Positions 27,890 through 42,926 of a DNA stretch of 64,000 nucleotides are shown in pieces. This stretch comes from Eledone cirrhosa (lineage: Eukaryota), in the NCBI GenBank assembly GCA_964016885.1, contig OZ024743.1, positions 4,340,001 through 4,404,000 on the forward strand, read 5' to 3'. The notes under the pieces were generated by a model. It was not told the DNA's origin. It was given only the letters and a program-made list of their open reading frames with translations, and made no database searches. Position numbers and translations under genes: made by a program. Position 1 is the stretch's first letter. Every line of letters starts with the position of its first letter.

Positions 27890-27969
27890 CGTTATTCCGG
27901 GTTGAATCGGAGGTAACAACAGTAAGTGAGGTACTCAATACATAGCAGAGTATAAAAGTTTTAATATAG

Positions 27970-28025
27970 ATGAGATTCTACAGGACTAGAACTGTTTCAT
28001 TCTTTAGAAATCATCAGGAATCTGG
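27970..28025 (-). ncRNA. Type I hammerhead of a further PLE family
   Basis: GATTC-CTGATGA-TTTC TAAA GAAT-GAAA-CAG TTCTAGTC CTG-TA|GAATC. Confidence 0.75.
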
Positions 28026-28439
28026 GTATCAAAAAATAAATATGGTATTTATAGGTCTCTTCAGGTGGTAGGAGAGGGTAGGGAATGGGATGGGTAGAGG
28101 TCATTGGTTGATAGAAAAGGGAATTCATTAAAAGCTAATTCTTTAAAGCTATAATTCATATTTAGAGTAACAAAGGCAGAAAGAATTCTATAAACAAGTT
28201 CAGAATGGGGTGCCACTCCTTATTTTTAAGTTTCTCTTAAGCTAGCATTGCCTATATTTCAGGTGTCTATAAGATCGTTGGGGGTCAGTCATGGGTGATG
28301 GATTTAAAGAAAAGGGAAATTCTTTAAAAGCTAATTCTTTAAGGTTCTACTTAGTGACAAAGGCCTAGAGAATTCTATAGACCAGTGCAAAATAGTGAGT
28401 GCATATCATACCATTATCTTCAAATTTCGCAAAATATAT

Positions 28440-31425
28440 TAGGTAACGGATCTTGTTGGCCTCTTTATAAATAATTCTCTACATAGGAAAATACCTGAGA
28501 TAACCGGAGGTTTATATCCTGACGACATGCTTTTACTTATAGAAAATAATAACTGTGGACTAAATAGAAAAAGAAAACAAATTATACAATTTTTTAATTA
28601 CCTTAATCTAAAAGTAGAAATAGAGAATAACCATAAAATAGTTAACTTTCTAGATGTAACACTAAAACTTAACACATGTCTTCATTATCCATTTCACAAA
28701 CTAAATGAGAACTTAAACTACGTCAATTTTAACTCTAATCACCCCCAGATCCGTTAAAAATACTATAGTGAACTCTGTACAGGAACGAATTTCGAGAATT
28801 TCAGCTAATAAGAATATATTTGATGAAAAAGCACATTATTACAACGAAGCGTTAGGTAAAGCTGGGTATAGAAATAAAATTAAATAAATTGATAATAATA
28901 ATAATATAACAACTAACCATAATCGTAACAATTTTAACTATTTTAACAATTTTAACAACTATAATAGAAAACCTTACAATAATTCCGAAAACAAAAATAG
29001 AAATAGAACTAGGAACATATTATGGTTCGCTCCTCCTTTCTCATTAAATATTAAAACCCCTATTGCTAAACTATTTTTTAAAGCTCTTGACAAATGCTTC
29101 CCTAGAACACATAGATATTACTCAATTTTTAATAGACATACTATAAAATTAATTTATTCTTCCACCAAAAATTTAGCGCAAAATATTAATAGAATTAATA
29201 ATAGAAATTTAAAACCTAACCAAAATACCAGTAATAACCCAAGCAATATCCAATTTGATAAATGTAACTGTAGAAATAAATCTAACTGTCCGTTAAATAA
29301 CAATTGCTTAGCTAAAAATATAGTATATAATTGTAATGTAAAAGCTAATTTAAATTCATTTAATTATGTGGGATCCACTTCCACAGAGTTTAAATCCTGC
29401 TTCAATAATCATAAAAATTATTTTACAGATCCAAACAAAAAATCTTCAACTTCTCTAGCTAGCTTATTATGGGACCTCAAACTAAAGAACGTTGAATATT
29501 CGTTGATTTGGAATATTATTTCAAAAGATTTTAACTCTTCTTCAGAAAATTGTGATCTTTGTATAGAGGAAATATTCTTTATATTAAAGACCAAAAATTC
29601 CCTGAACCTAACGAACAATTTATTCAGTTGCTGTAGACATAGATTGAACTCAACGTTTAAATATAAATTTAAAATGTAATATATAATTAATTAATTAATT
29701 CTATTAATATATTGAACCTGTCGATAAATCATTAGATTCCTTCATTTTTTTACTACTTATACACTCAAGTAAAATAAAAAAAATAAATAAAATAACTTTT
29801 CTTCCTAAATATAAATAAATATGATAAACTATAAATATGAGAAATATACTGAAAGCTCTTAAAAGGGGAAAATATTTTTTGATAGTTTCTCCTATTTTCG
29901 AAAGTTTATCTTTTGAAATCTCTTTTTATTTCTCTTATGGATATAAAATTAAGTTAAATATACATAGAACATTTGTATACTAAATTTATTAAACATATTA
30001 TTATTTTGAAATTATAACTTGAAATATTCTATAATATTTTAAAGTTATATTGTTTTAAAGTTATATTGCTTATAATTATATTTCCAAATCGTAATATAAT
30101 TCTTTTGTATTTTATGTATTTCAATTATACTATGTACTGTATTTATATATACTTCTCTCTCTATATGTGTGTATATATATGTGTATGCATGTACATATGT
30201 TTTATGCGTGTACGTCTATCTGTATGTATATATATATGTGATGCATATCTACCTATTTGTGTGGGTACATATATGAATGTATATGGGAATTGTGTATGTA
30301 TATATATGTGTATATCCATACAATTCGATTGCACTTATTTATAGTGATTATCCCAAGATTCGTGACAAATAAACATATAATAACAGTCATAAATACATAA
30401 CAGGTAATCTTATAAAACTTATATAAAAAAAATTTGTTTAATAACATAAAGTGTGTATAACATAAAATTTCCTTTAATATCTTAACAATTGTAACATTGA
30501 TATAACTAAATAACGTAATTTTCCCTCACGCGGCTTTGATATTACGTTGAAATGACTTTCTCTGATTTTATAAGATTCCTATATCTTAAATTAAAGAATC
30601 CTTTATATTTTGTATGTATATATTATATACGTAGTTAGATATGTATATATATTTTTATACGTGTGTATATATATTTATGTATTTTTGCGTGTGTATATGT
30701 GTTATATAATATATATATTTTTAATAATAAAGTCTTAATAATAATATATAGATTTCTTAATAATAAAGTCTTAATAATAATATATAGATTTCTTAATATA
30801 TAGATCCCAATTTTTAATGTATTGATCTCAATATTTAACTGATTAACTAAACATTTAATCATATTTAAACAATGGTTAAATTTCTCATATTATATATGTA
30901 TATTCCATTCATGATTATTAACATTTTTAATTTTATTTATTCATTTCATCTCAAATGTTAAGATAACTCAACAAGATATGACTTAGAGTTTTCGCTCTCT
31001 CTCTCCTTTCTCATACTCCTCTCTCTCTCTCTTTTTTCTCTCTGTTGTTCTGCTCTTTCTTTCTCTTTCTCTTTCTCCGTAACCCAACGGCTTATTTTAA
31101 AATATCCAATACTACATTACCTAATAATATAATTAAAGATATAACTCCACTATCCGGGAGCTTCCAACAGTAATGGTTGCATTCTTTAAGGGTATGTCAA
31201 TCTTTATTTATAAAACTGCTCTATATTATATTTTATCTGATGAAAGCACACCATAATTTAACTTGGTGTCCTTGAAATATGTATAATGAAATAAATATGG
31301 TTATATAAATATAGTTTCCATTTGTTAATATCGTATTTTTACTCCAATTATTTGTTGAGTGCTTTATATCAGTTATAAAAATATTTGTATGTTATATCCC
31401 CACAATTTAAATAGAACTTTTACAT
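28440..31425 (+). mobile_element. 5'-truncated, disrupted Naiad-type PLE (RT C-half + GIY-YIG to 29679, ~1.7-kb 3' UTR/pLTR, HHR 31229-31295)
   Basis: Collinear with the protein at 56306-58520 (VTDLVGLF, GGLYPDDM, WFAPPFSLN, KCNCRNKSNCPLNNNC, CDLC, CCRH); frameshift near 28750 and a premature stop. Confidence 0.92.
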
Positions 31426-31440
31426 ATATATACATAATAA

Positions 31441-32148
31441 ATAAATACAATATCGGAGAAAGCTTTTTAGCGATACTCCGGCCAAATTCCAACTCACTCA
31501 ACAAACATTAGGAAATAAGTGATTAAATTCCCAATTATGCGTTCGGGGTGCTAACTAAAAGTATTGCGTGGAAAATTGGCTTTATTATTTCATATGAGAC
31601 ATATAGAATATATTTCTTCCCAGACGGACATCTCGTTTCATTATATGATTCCTACAATTTGGGTTAAATTATACTAATTTATGTAGGAGCTTGTATACCA
31701 TCAATAGATATATATTCAAGTGGGCTCCTATAATTCATCAGTGGGTGCTCCAATAATACTAATATTGATAATCTAACCAACATCAGTATTTAGCGATAAT
31801 CATCATCTGTGCCTGAGGTATCTGTCAGGTTGCCAGTCCAGCAGTTCTAAAGAAATGCTCTAACTGATTCAAAAATGAGGAAGTAAATTACAGCCAAAAA
31901 AACAATACATGCGCATTACAATGAACCCTAAAAGGAATTTAGGCCACGTGCTAAGAACTTGATTGGAAATTAAAAAAATCTCTATGTGTGTACAACATTT
32001 GATGACACACACAGATATTTTCTCGGGCAAAATAACAGAATGAGATATAAGGAACAATCAATATTCATATATAAAAAATAAACAAAGAAATCCTAACCTT
32101 ATACCGGGAAAATTTCAAATCTGCTGCACCAAGAGTAAATAAATAAAT
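31441..32148 (-). mobile_element. Second monomer of the 706-bp hammerhead element
   Basis: Reverse complement of about 26975-27685; HHR core retained at 31618-31745. Confidence 0.85.
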
Positions 32149-32280
32149 ATATATACATATATATATATTTATATATATATATAAATATATATATAAAAAA
32201 TAAATACATACACAGATATATACACATATACATACATACACATACATACATATACACATACACACATACATACATATATA

Positions 32281-32355
<75 letters not shown>

Positions 32356-32551
32356 ACATATACATATATGTATATATATATATATACATATATACACATA
32401 TACATAGACATACACATACATATACATATATATACACATATACATATACATACACATACATATACATATATATACACATATACACACATACACAAATACA
32501 TACATATACACACATATACATATATATACACACACACGTATATATATATAC

Positions 32552-32596
<45 letters not shown>

Positions 32597-32615
32597 CATA
32601 TACACACATATACAC

Positions 32616-32647
<32 letters not shown>

Positions 32648-32769
32648 ATATACATATATATATATATACATATATACATATATATATACATATACGCACA
32701 CATACACATACAAACACATACATACATATATATATATATATATACAAATAAGTACTCATAAATATACGC

Positions 32770-33080
32770 ATATACACAGGCACATAAAAACAGCTCTACA
32801 GGCAGAAAATGCAGATAGGTAAGAGGTACTCACATAACCATAGTGGTCGTATTTCAGGTTGAGGAGGTGTGGGGTGGGGTGGGAAGGAGGTAGAGGGGCT
32901 AAAAGGAGGAAGTCGTTTTTAGCCATCGTGCATTAACACTGGCTTAAGTTATTTGAAATTTCCAAAGTTCTTGTGCATGCAGTTCGGGCAGTGTTCAGAG
33001 AGTTTGTTCAGTAGCGGACCCTTGTCGAATAAAATTTCATAGCTCTCTGAGATACATAGCTCGCAGCCCTTGTGTCCTCC
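32770..33080 (-). mobile_element. 3' tip of another Naiad-type PLE
   Basis: CELCISESYEI..LLNKLSEHCPNCMHK matches the CxxC..E..LN..CxH terminus. Confidence 0.6.
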
Positions 33081-33084
33081 GTTG

Positions 33085-34195
33085 TTATTCCATTCATTTT
33101 TTCTGTTTAGCCTTCGCCTTCTAAGTTCTATTTCGCTGACCTCTCTGATTTGCCTATCTGCTGGGTCATTTCTATGTTTAGATATTATTCTAATTTCTTT
33201 GTTGTCTATGTTACCGTCGTGTTGTTGTCTGGCACGTTCGTATAGTACTGAACCGTTTTTTCGTCCTTTTAGTTCCCCCCAGTGTTGGTCTATCCTTTCA
33301 CCTATGCTACGAGCTGTCTCGCCTATGTATGTTGTTGTCATGGTACTTGCAGAAACATGACAACAACATACATAGGCGAGACAGCTCGTAGCATAGGTGA
33401 AAGGATAGACCAACACTGGGGGGAACTAAAAGGACGAAAAAACGGTTCAGTACTATACGAACGTGCCAGACAACAACAGGACGGTAACATAGACAACATA
33501 GAAATTAGAATAATATCTAAACATAGAAATGACCCAACAGATAGGCAAATCAGAGAGGCCAGCGAAATAGAACTTAGAAGGTCAAGGCTAAACAGAAAAA
33601 ATGAATGGAATAACAACACCCAAACAAACAACACTGACCTAAGAGAAGTATAAATAAATAAATAAATAAATACATACACAAGCACAATAACAACAAACAC
33701 ATATAAACACACACTAGTAAACTAAGATAGAATACAATAACCAATACACAGTCACCCAAACACGAACACACATCAAACAAACACTATACACACGCGCAAA
33801 TGCATGCGCAGAAAAGACAAAAAATAAATAAATAAATAAACAGACTAAATAAAAGATGGCGTAAGCATACAATACAACGGGAGGAACATAATAGCACCAC
33901 TGACGATGTTGCAGATGTGCAACGAAAAAACTTTGTTAGACTATATATATGCGTTTGTGTCTATATTGTATCTGTATTTTTGACCGTTGGTCAGTCAATG
34001 GTAACATTGAGGACCGAATAAATTAAATTAACCGATATAAAGGACACAGAAGCGAAAACCAACCAAACAGTGAGTGTGTTCTGTTATTAATTCTGGCAAT
34101 ATTATTACACAAATATGACCCTCCCCATGTATAACAATATTTGTTTCGACACACGATTTCATATCAAAAACCTCGCAAAACTAATTCATCGCATT
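33085..34195 (+). mobile_element. 5'-truncated PLE GIY-YIG end with ~255-bp 5' inversion and HHR-like motif at 33900
   Basis: YIGETARSIGERIDQH..RQIREA..I..LNRK.EW; 33085-33342 is the reverse complement of 33356-33612. Confidence 0.85.
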
Positions 34196-34228
34196 ATATA
34201 TATATAAATATATATATATATATGTATG

Positions 34229-34308
<80 letters not shown>

Positions 34309-35189
34309 CGTGATCGATGCCATGGGTGAGTTGTATATGGCATTTTGGCAAGTGCTTCTTTATTCTATTATAGCCGCGGATCTGCTCCAACCTTGTAATC
34401 AGATTAGGGAGAGAGCAATTATACGGAGACCAGTCGAAAGGACACAACCAGTAATTCAAAAGGCCAGCCATCACACTCCATCACGCTGATTTTGCCTGAA
34501 GATTAGGTTATGGGTACAAGCGCCGATGAAATACTCAGCTACATATTTATTAAATGAATAGACAGTTCAATTAATCAATCAACAGGAATACCTATCATCG
34601 AAACCGACATATACCCAGGTACTTCTTATTTGCGTTTAAAGATGACTGTAAATGGCGATGAGTACTAAATAAAATAATATATTTTCAAAATAAATACGCT
34701 TACAGAAAAAGTTCAATAGCAATTCTATTTTTACTTTTTACTTTTAATGGTTCATTTAAAGTAGTTTGCTGCATATCCTTTACAATCTCATTGGGAAACG
34801 CACCGAAATCAACTACGTACACGAATGCTTAATGTTACTTAATATTTCAGAAGAGTCAATTGTGATTGGGTTATTGAAGAGGGTGAGTAATATGTCGTAA
34901 CAATCTCACTCTAACTTAGACATTTATTCACTTCCTTCGCTTACTTTTCTACTATTGCACTTATTGCGTTCATGGATTTCGCGAAGTTACTTCAGTTGAA
35001 TTTTGGCGCACTGCGTGCATACACTGCCCGACCTACATCTCTCATTCATGTATTCATACACATATGGTTGGCTGGGATTCACTCAGGAAATGAACATGAA
35101 ACTTCTAAAAGCAGAATTGCATTGACTTTCATATAAAGGTATATACAGGGTGTTTCAAAAAATGTTATATCATTTGAATACTAGGAAAG

Positions 35190-36460
35190 ATAGGGAATAA
35201 TGTATAGCTGTTTACATGTCCAATTAGATAAATCCCTTATGTTAATAATTTAATCCTTTATATACAATGTTATTAATTTATACATTTAATTAATGTATAT
35301 ATAATTCATTGTCACATATTACATTTAATGTCTCTACATATTATATATCCATTACTGTATATATTATAAGTAATCTAAAGTAGTTATATTAAAAGGTGGT
35401 GACTATATGTTTATTTCTAATAGTTATTGTAGAGTATAATGTTTGAGATAAATAGGAGTTGTGTAGAGGAAAGAGCCGATCAAAGAGTGTGATGCTGTGG
35501 GGGAAGAAAAGTCTTACAGGTGAAGTGTTAATGGTGGTTAGGAATCCAAATCTGACATTGTTATATACTAGCGGCTAGGTTTAAAGTTATGGAATGAGTG
35601 TCGGTAGTGGTGCTGGCATGAGGAAAACATCTCTGACTTTTTATTTAGGAGGTTTAGTTTCGAAAAGATTATAGTACGGGTCTCTAGAAGACAGAGGTTA
35701 CATAATTTATTCGGTGGTTTATACGATGTAGCCCTACCTACTACTTCCCATTGAAGTGTATATGGTCTATTCCTAGTTTTCAGAGAGTGTATGTAGCTAG
35801 ATAGTGAAGTGGAGTTGGCTAGATTGTGTTTTTTGAAAGAGTGGAGGTGCGAGTTGTATCTCGTCTTGAAGCAGTTCGAAGTAGAGCCAATATATGTTTT
35901 AGAAGAGTTGTTTGTGTTGACCGTGCGGGAGTAAATGATATCTTTGATTAAGCAATTATTACCTAATGGGCAAGTTCTATTTGACCTACAGTTACATTTA
36001 TTTTGGATGTTAGCTTGCCGGTTACTATGTTGTGTAGAAGTCTGGTTGCTATGGATAGCATTAGGGTAATGATGGTTGTCGTTCCTATTGTTATTGATTT
36101 CATTAGTGCTATTACCATTATTACTATTGCTACTAGGGTTTATAGGTACTATGTTGTTCTGTAAGTTTACCTCCTGCTGTGTTTTAATTAGTTGGAAATA
36201 ATTATTAATCTTCCTTTTATTACTACTAGCTATATGGTATGCGATGTTAGGTGCGGTAGAGTAAGAGATTTTAATGGTATTTTTATTTATAAGATTATAG
36301 TATTTGTGGCCAGATGAGAAGTTTTTTCTAGGATTGAGAAGAAAGCCTTAGGCTTACTCTACCATACCTAACATCGCATACCATATAGCTAGTAGTAATA
36401 AAAGGAAGATTAATAATTATTTGCAACTAATTGAAACACAGCAGGAGGTAAACTTACAGA
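35190..36460 (-). mobile_element. 5'-truncated Naiad-type PLE with 5' inversion
   Basis: Minus strand NKCNCRSNRTCPLGNNC..IIY..YIGSTSNCFKTRYNSH; 36353-36460 is the reverse complement of 36158-36266. Confidence 0.8.
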
Positions 36461-36990
36461 CCAATTTACAATCCATTACTATAACTAACTAAAAACATTC
36501 AATACAAACATTAACTAAAATATAATTTAACATATGTAAATCATTAACTTTCATATTCTCCATACATACAAATTTGAACTCTACAGAAACTATCATCGCA
36601 TTACATCCTCCATAATACACTAACATATTCGCTTAAAGTGCTTGTATTTTATGTAATAACTTGCCATACAGTATTCATATATGCATAATACCTTTGCTTG
36701 TTTCCTTCTCATGTATATGACTAACGCATGTGCAATCTCTACACGCTTGAATATGTACTTCTTTCTCAATGCCGCTTTAATTATTAGACTATTCTCTTGT
36801 ATTATCTGTCGCATGTATTCCACTCTGTGCTTTTAATTTTAATTTTAATTATTGTACAATTCTCGTATAATATATGTCGCATCCATTACACTCTGTAAAT
36901 ACTAAACTGTTGTCCACAACATCAATATATATGTATCTATATGATTGTTCAGTTGAATATGAGGTTAATTATATGTACAAACATTGATAA

Positions 36991-37037
36991 TGCTCCGATG
37001 ACTCCAAACTAAAGTTTGGAAGAAACAATTGTCAGCG
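36991..37037 (+). ncRNA. Variant hammerhead (CCGATGA core)
   Basis: TGCT-CCGATGA-CTCCAAACT AA AGTTTGGA A-GAAA-CAATTG-TC|AGCG. Confidence 0.6.
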
Positions 37038-37252
37038 ATTAAATGATTTGAATATAACTTTGATATTTGTGTAATTTATATTCCTGCTCTGTAAAACAGC
37101 TGATGTTCTTACATTGAGCTATTTATCTTACTGGTAATAAGGGAGTAATAAATTACTGACCTTTCCTGTTTATAGTTGTTTATAGTATAGTATATACATA
37201 ACTATAAATAGTATCATTATTATTATAATATATATATATATACATACGCATA

Positions 37253-37345
<93 letters not shown>

Positions 37346-37442
37346 ATATATATATATATATATTATATATATACTTATATATATATGTATATATATAATT
37401 ATATATATATATTTATGTATGTATATATATATGCACATATGT

Positions 37443-37549
<107 letters not shown>

Positions 37550-40166
37550 TATTTATATGTGTAAAATACACAAAGATTATGAACGAATTTAAGAGCTTTT
37601 AATCAGTCTTACATATATTTCAACAACGGAAATGTGAAATATGGTAAATAGAAGAATTCCGTTTAAACTGCATTATAGTATTTAGGAACAAATCCATATG
37701 CTAAGATATGAGTATAAAACGATTAGACTACTTTAATGCATACTTTTATATGCCTACTGTATCCTCAGAGACATGAAAAAGTACATAAGTTACAGAAGGT
37801 GATTTCTTTGAGAAAAGTATTCGATCATCATAAGAACAATACAACTAGTTAACTTTTTAAGGATACAGGAATGATGTGAAATAATATGAAATCAGTTTAG
37901 CGCAATTCAATCGCACCTATGTTATGATAATTTTGAAACGGAGTTTCCTGTGTTAATTCTAATATATTTGCAAGGGAGTTAATAGTACGCTTACCTTATA
38001 TTCATCAAATCAAAAAGATGTATCATATGATATTCACGCTACACGTTGGTTATGCATATCTGCTTGTTGTGACACCGTTTACTACCTCGGAACATGACTA
38101 CAGTTTATGAAACCACTTCTACGCAGACAGGACAACCTCTACACCTTCAAGGACTCATTTACCCAGTTCAGACAGCCATACTCGGTTAGAGTTGATCTTC
38201 ATATGTAGAAGTGAAAAATTAACGGATATACATGAACTGAATCAAGGGAAGGTGAAGAGGGAAGAAAGAGATAGAAAACAAATGGAATTGGTGAGACGAA
38301 AGGTGGGGGGAGAATAAGGTTTGTAAAAGTGAGAAGTCGTCTTGTAAATAATGCACCATGGTGCCATGAATGTGTGTATATATCTGCAAATGTATACCTT
38401 ATTTGCCAATCTATATCGGATAAGAATGTATCCTATTTCCCGAAGACGCTTCGTCCTCGAGGACGCATCATAATTTTGACAACCAAAAATTTGAAAAAAC
38501 TAATAAACAACCTTCGGCCTCCTGGACGCATGGTAGATTTTAAGACTTATTTTAGGAGAGAAGTAGCATCTTCGACGCCAGGAAATGCGAAAAATGTGTA
38601 CGTGGAACACCTTTCCTCGGGATAATTGTCCTGTATAATCATACTTGGTTATTCTTATGGAAATTCATTGAACCAGTAATTGATGTGTTGGAAACCTTTA
38701 TCCTAGGCTCATAGACTGCGATTTCAAAATAAATAGATATATCGTATACCATGCTTTATAATTGAATATATAGCTCGTCCTTCTAATTACTCCAAATAGA
38801 AGATTGTTAAGAAAGTACAACATGCTAACAAGTCCATTATATACAGTTAAGAAGTGAATTTATAATGTTTAAGATATTTTACTACAGTAAAGTTTGACTA
38901 CGGGTGGAGTGGGTGTTGATATGGATATAACTCATCATACATCATTGTAAATCATAGAAACTTTAGTTGGTGATCCGTCATACTTTTTCTCGTCTAGCTG
39001 GAACTTTCATAGCGATAACATGAAGAAAATTATGTTTGTTGACATAAAATACTTCCCAATTAATTTATGCATTACCTGATAATCGCAGCAGATTTTATTT
39101 AATATTTAAAATTGTAAAATTCATTCAAACCCATACAAATTATTTCCTGTCTCATTTAATAAAGAATAATTTGAAAATGCGCCTATTATTTCCTTTCTTC
39201 ATTCGTATATTTTTCTTTCATTTGAGTCCATAACCATCACTCTTAGCTGGAGTGTCTAGTATAATATTTTCATTATGTTATGGCATTTTATCATATTCGT
39301 ACAATTTCCCCTTTAAGATTTTTTTTCCTTGCGTGAGGGGATGTTTAACTCAGTCTAGTTCGTAGATTCAAAAGAAATTAAACGAATTATTTTGTACATA
39401 TTTTCAATTTAATCTATATAATACCTGATGAGTGTTGGTTCTTTGGTTAACTCTGTCTATATCATTCTACAACACACATGTTACAGAAATGTGTCGAGAA
39501 AGACAGAAAAAATGTAATCTATTATAGATATAACATAAATTATTAGAAAATATTTGACTGAAAAGTAAATATTTTATATATAGGGCGATAGGTACATTAT
39601 TATTTCAACACATGATCAATAATTCTAATATCATAGTTACAGTGAAAAGGCAAATAGAAATGAGCCTTTATTACCTCATAGACTGTGCTACTTTCTAAAG
39701 TACGCTCACTTTTAGAGTAGAGATGAAATTAAGGGTTATCAAATCTTAAGTTACATAGTAGAACAAAGAATATACGTTTTAAAAATGTTCTTTCCTAAGA
39801 CTGCACCTTCAGTACAACCTATACAGATATCGCACCATCTCAGAATCCCAATGCTTTCGAACAGAATATACAATTGTAAAAGAAATTATGTATTTCAAGT
39901 TTTCTATAAACTTCTAGTATTCTTATACTTTTCAAAACAACTGTGGAAATTCCATGTGGACTGCAGGTATAATGATATTATATCATTGCATTAATTCAAC
40001 ACGGTCTTATCATAATCGTTTGTAAGCCCATAGTACTTTGAAACATTAATAATCCCATATAATTCCTAAGCCTCTCAAAGGAATTCCAGCAACATTGCTA
40101 GTTTGGATATTTTTCTTATACAGAGTAAAACTTGAAATCATTCACATATTGAAAATTTACTGATTA

Positions 40167-41882
40167 CACCATGTAAAATATATTTTGATCCCCGGTTCTA
40201 ATTATTATTTCCTGGTTTAATATATCCCATTATTATAAGAAAATACTATTATTTAATTAGAAGTTTGGGTTTGTGCTCAGAAGTTTGATATTTCAAAATT
40301 TTCATATTTTTTCAAGAAAAAAAACATTTTTTTAAAATTTATGTTCATATAATTAAATCAACAGAGTATATATTTATTTTATTACACAAGCTTATCAAAA
40401 GGAAAACAAGTGAAAACAAATAACACTTATAAAGCAACTTATACACGTCAGAAATGACTGGATTTCCTGGATTTGCGGTTGTAGTCCAGGTCGCATTCCC
40501 GCACTAGCCCCAAGATATAGTCTCCATCATTTTTTCATTGTAGTGGCCCTGGTACCTCTGCTCTATCTCTTTCACATCTTGGTGGAATCGTTCGCCTTGT
40601 TCTTCTGAGTAGGCGCCCGTATTGTCCTTGAATTTTTCCAGGTGAGCGTCCAGCATATGGAGTTTAAGCGACATCCTGCATCCCATGGCGCCAAAAGCCT
40701 TTATCAGATCCTGCACCAGTTCCTGGTAGTTTTCAGCTCTGTAGTTGCCCAGGAAGCCCTTAACAACCGCCTTGAAACAGTTCCATGCTGTTCTCTCAAT
40801 CCTATTGAGCTTATTGGAGAACTCGGTAGACTCAAACACCTTCTTTATCCAACAAAAATTCCGCCTTTGATTTTGACCTCAGATAACTTGGGTAAGAACT
40901 CAAGAAGGTACTTAAAAGCGGCTGATTCTTCACAAACTGCTTCATCAACCCCAACTTAATGTGCAGTGGCAGCGTGAGCACAATCCTGGGATCAACCAGT
41001 GGATCACATGACGTTCCGGGTCCCAACTACAAATTCTGTTCGCTGCTCCTAGTTCTTTCTTTTGTAGTGGTCAGAGGTGGCTCTGCTGTCCCAAAGGCAG
41101 AGGAAGCATTGGAATTTGATAAAGCCTCCTTGGAGTCCAAGTAGGAAAGCCACCATCTTGAAGTCTCCAATGATTTCCCAATTGTACTGGTTGTATTGCA
41201 GAGCTTCCAAGAGGACTTTCACACTGTAGTAATCTTCCTTTAGGCAGACTGAATTTAGCTAGGGGCAGTGTCGGGAACTTGTTTCTATTGTGGAGGAGGA
41301 CAGCCTTTAAACTTGTGGTGGACCTGTCTATAAATAGCCGCCACTCCTTGGGCACAAACGGCACCCCAATAACGTCAAACAGTCCAGGCACGTCATGGTA
41401 GAAGCAGAAGCCATCCCTAAGAGTGTAAAAGCGTGAGAAAGGTTCGTGTCGACTTCTCTGACTTGTCACCCGCACTTCCTCCTTGACCAAGTTCCACTGC
41501 TTCAGCCTGGAGACGAATGCTTAAAACACAACTCACCCTTTATTCAGGGTGCGAAAATCCAGTATCAATAAATCTCTTTAATCCACTTTTTAACAATTTT
41601 ATACTTTATTGCACTTTTATAATTTTCTTTAGGTATTACTCTTTATTTTATAATTTTAATTTAACCTGAAACATATATAAAAAAAATCATTTAACATAAG
41701 CAAATTAAAGTTACAACGTAAAATACAGCATACAAATAATTCTAGTGAATAGCTTAGAATTTTTACAAACCCAAACTTTTAACTGTTTAATAGCACTTTT
41801 TTTATTTATTTGGGACTTAAGCAACACAAAAAAATTGATTACAAGCCAGGAACAGAGAAATTTGTTTGTTTGTTACACGGTG
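40167..41882 (-). mobile_element. Chapaev3 (CMC superfamily) DNA transposon, internally deleted and frameshifted
   Basis: TIRs CACC(A/G)TGTAA at 40167 and 41882, TTA on both flanks, subterminal inverted AAGTTTGGGTTTGT; transposase motifs WRLFID..SLKAVLLHN, LPLHIKLGLMKQFVK, SLKLHMLDAH, SEEQGERFHQD. Confidence 0.88.
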
Positions 41883-42406
41883 TTATTATTCCGTAGTATC
41901 AACATCTGGACCGTTGTAGACGTACACTAATGGTTAACTGTATAGATACAAACAATAACATGAGTGTAAAGGTTTAATCTCATTTAAATAAATGTCACAC
42001 CTCGGTAGAATATATTTTCCTATAATAATTTGAACTTTTGTAGGAATTAATAAAATGATTTCCAATTTATTGATAGTATACTTTATGTAACAGCTTACTG
42101 GCGCCACTTTACTTATCGTTGATCTTTACAAAGTCAACGCCATAAATAAAAGTTTCTTATTAATCAATTCACGTAATAGTCAGACTGAAATAAACATAAC
42201 TGAACAAAGCAATAGGCTTTCTTCAATTATGTTTATTTTTGTTAACATTTCAAATTCTACTTTGTCAATCGAGAAATGGTTTGCAGATTTAGTAGTGTAA
42301 CAGATTAACAGAATAGATGATATCGTTTTAATACACGCACACAGGCAAACACACACACGCATATATATATATATATATATATGCGTATATGATGATAATA
42401 TGTGTG

Positions 42407-42502
<96 letters not shown>

Positions 42503-42693
42503 TATATGCATACATATATATATATGTGTGTGTATACATACATATACATACATTTATATATATATATATATACATATATATATACTTATATATATATATA
42601 TATACATACATATATACTTATATGTTAGTTTCAGAAGATCCCGTTAAGGGTGAAAGCAGCGATTCTTTGCTTAAACTTTAATCTGTTATTTTA

Positions 42694-42732
<39 letters not shown>

Positions 42733-42738
42733 TATACT

Positions 42739-42926
<188 letters not shown>

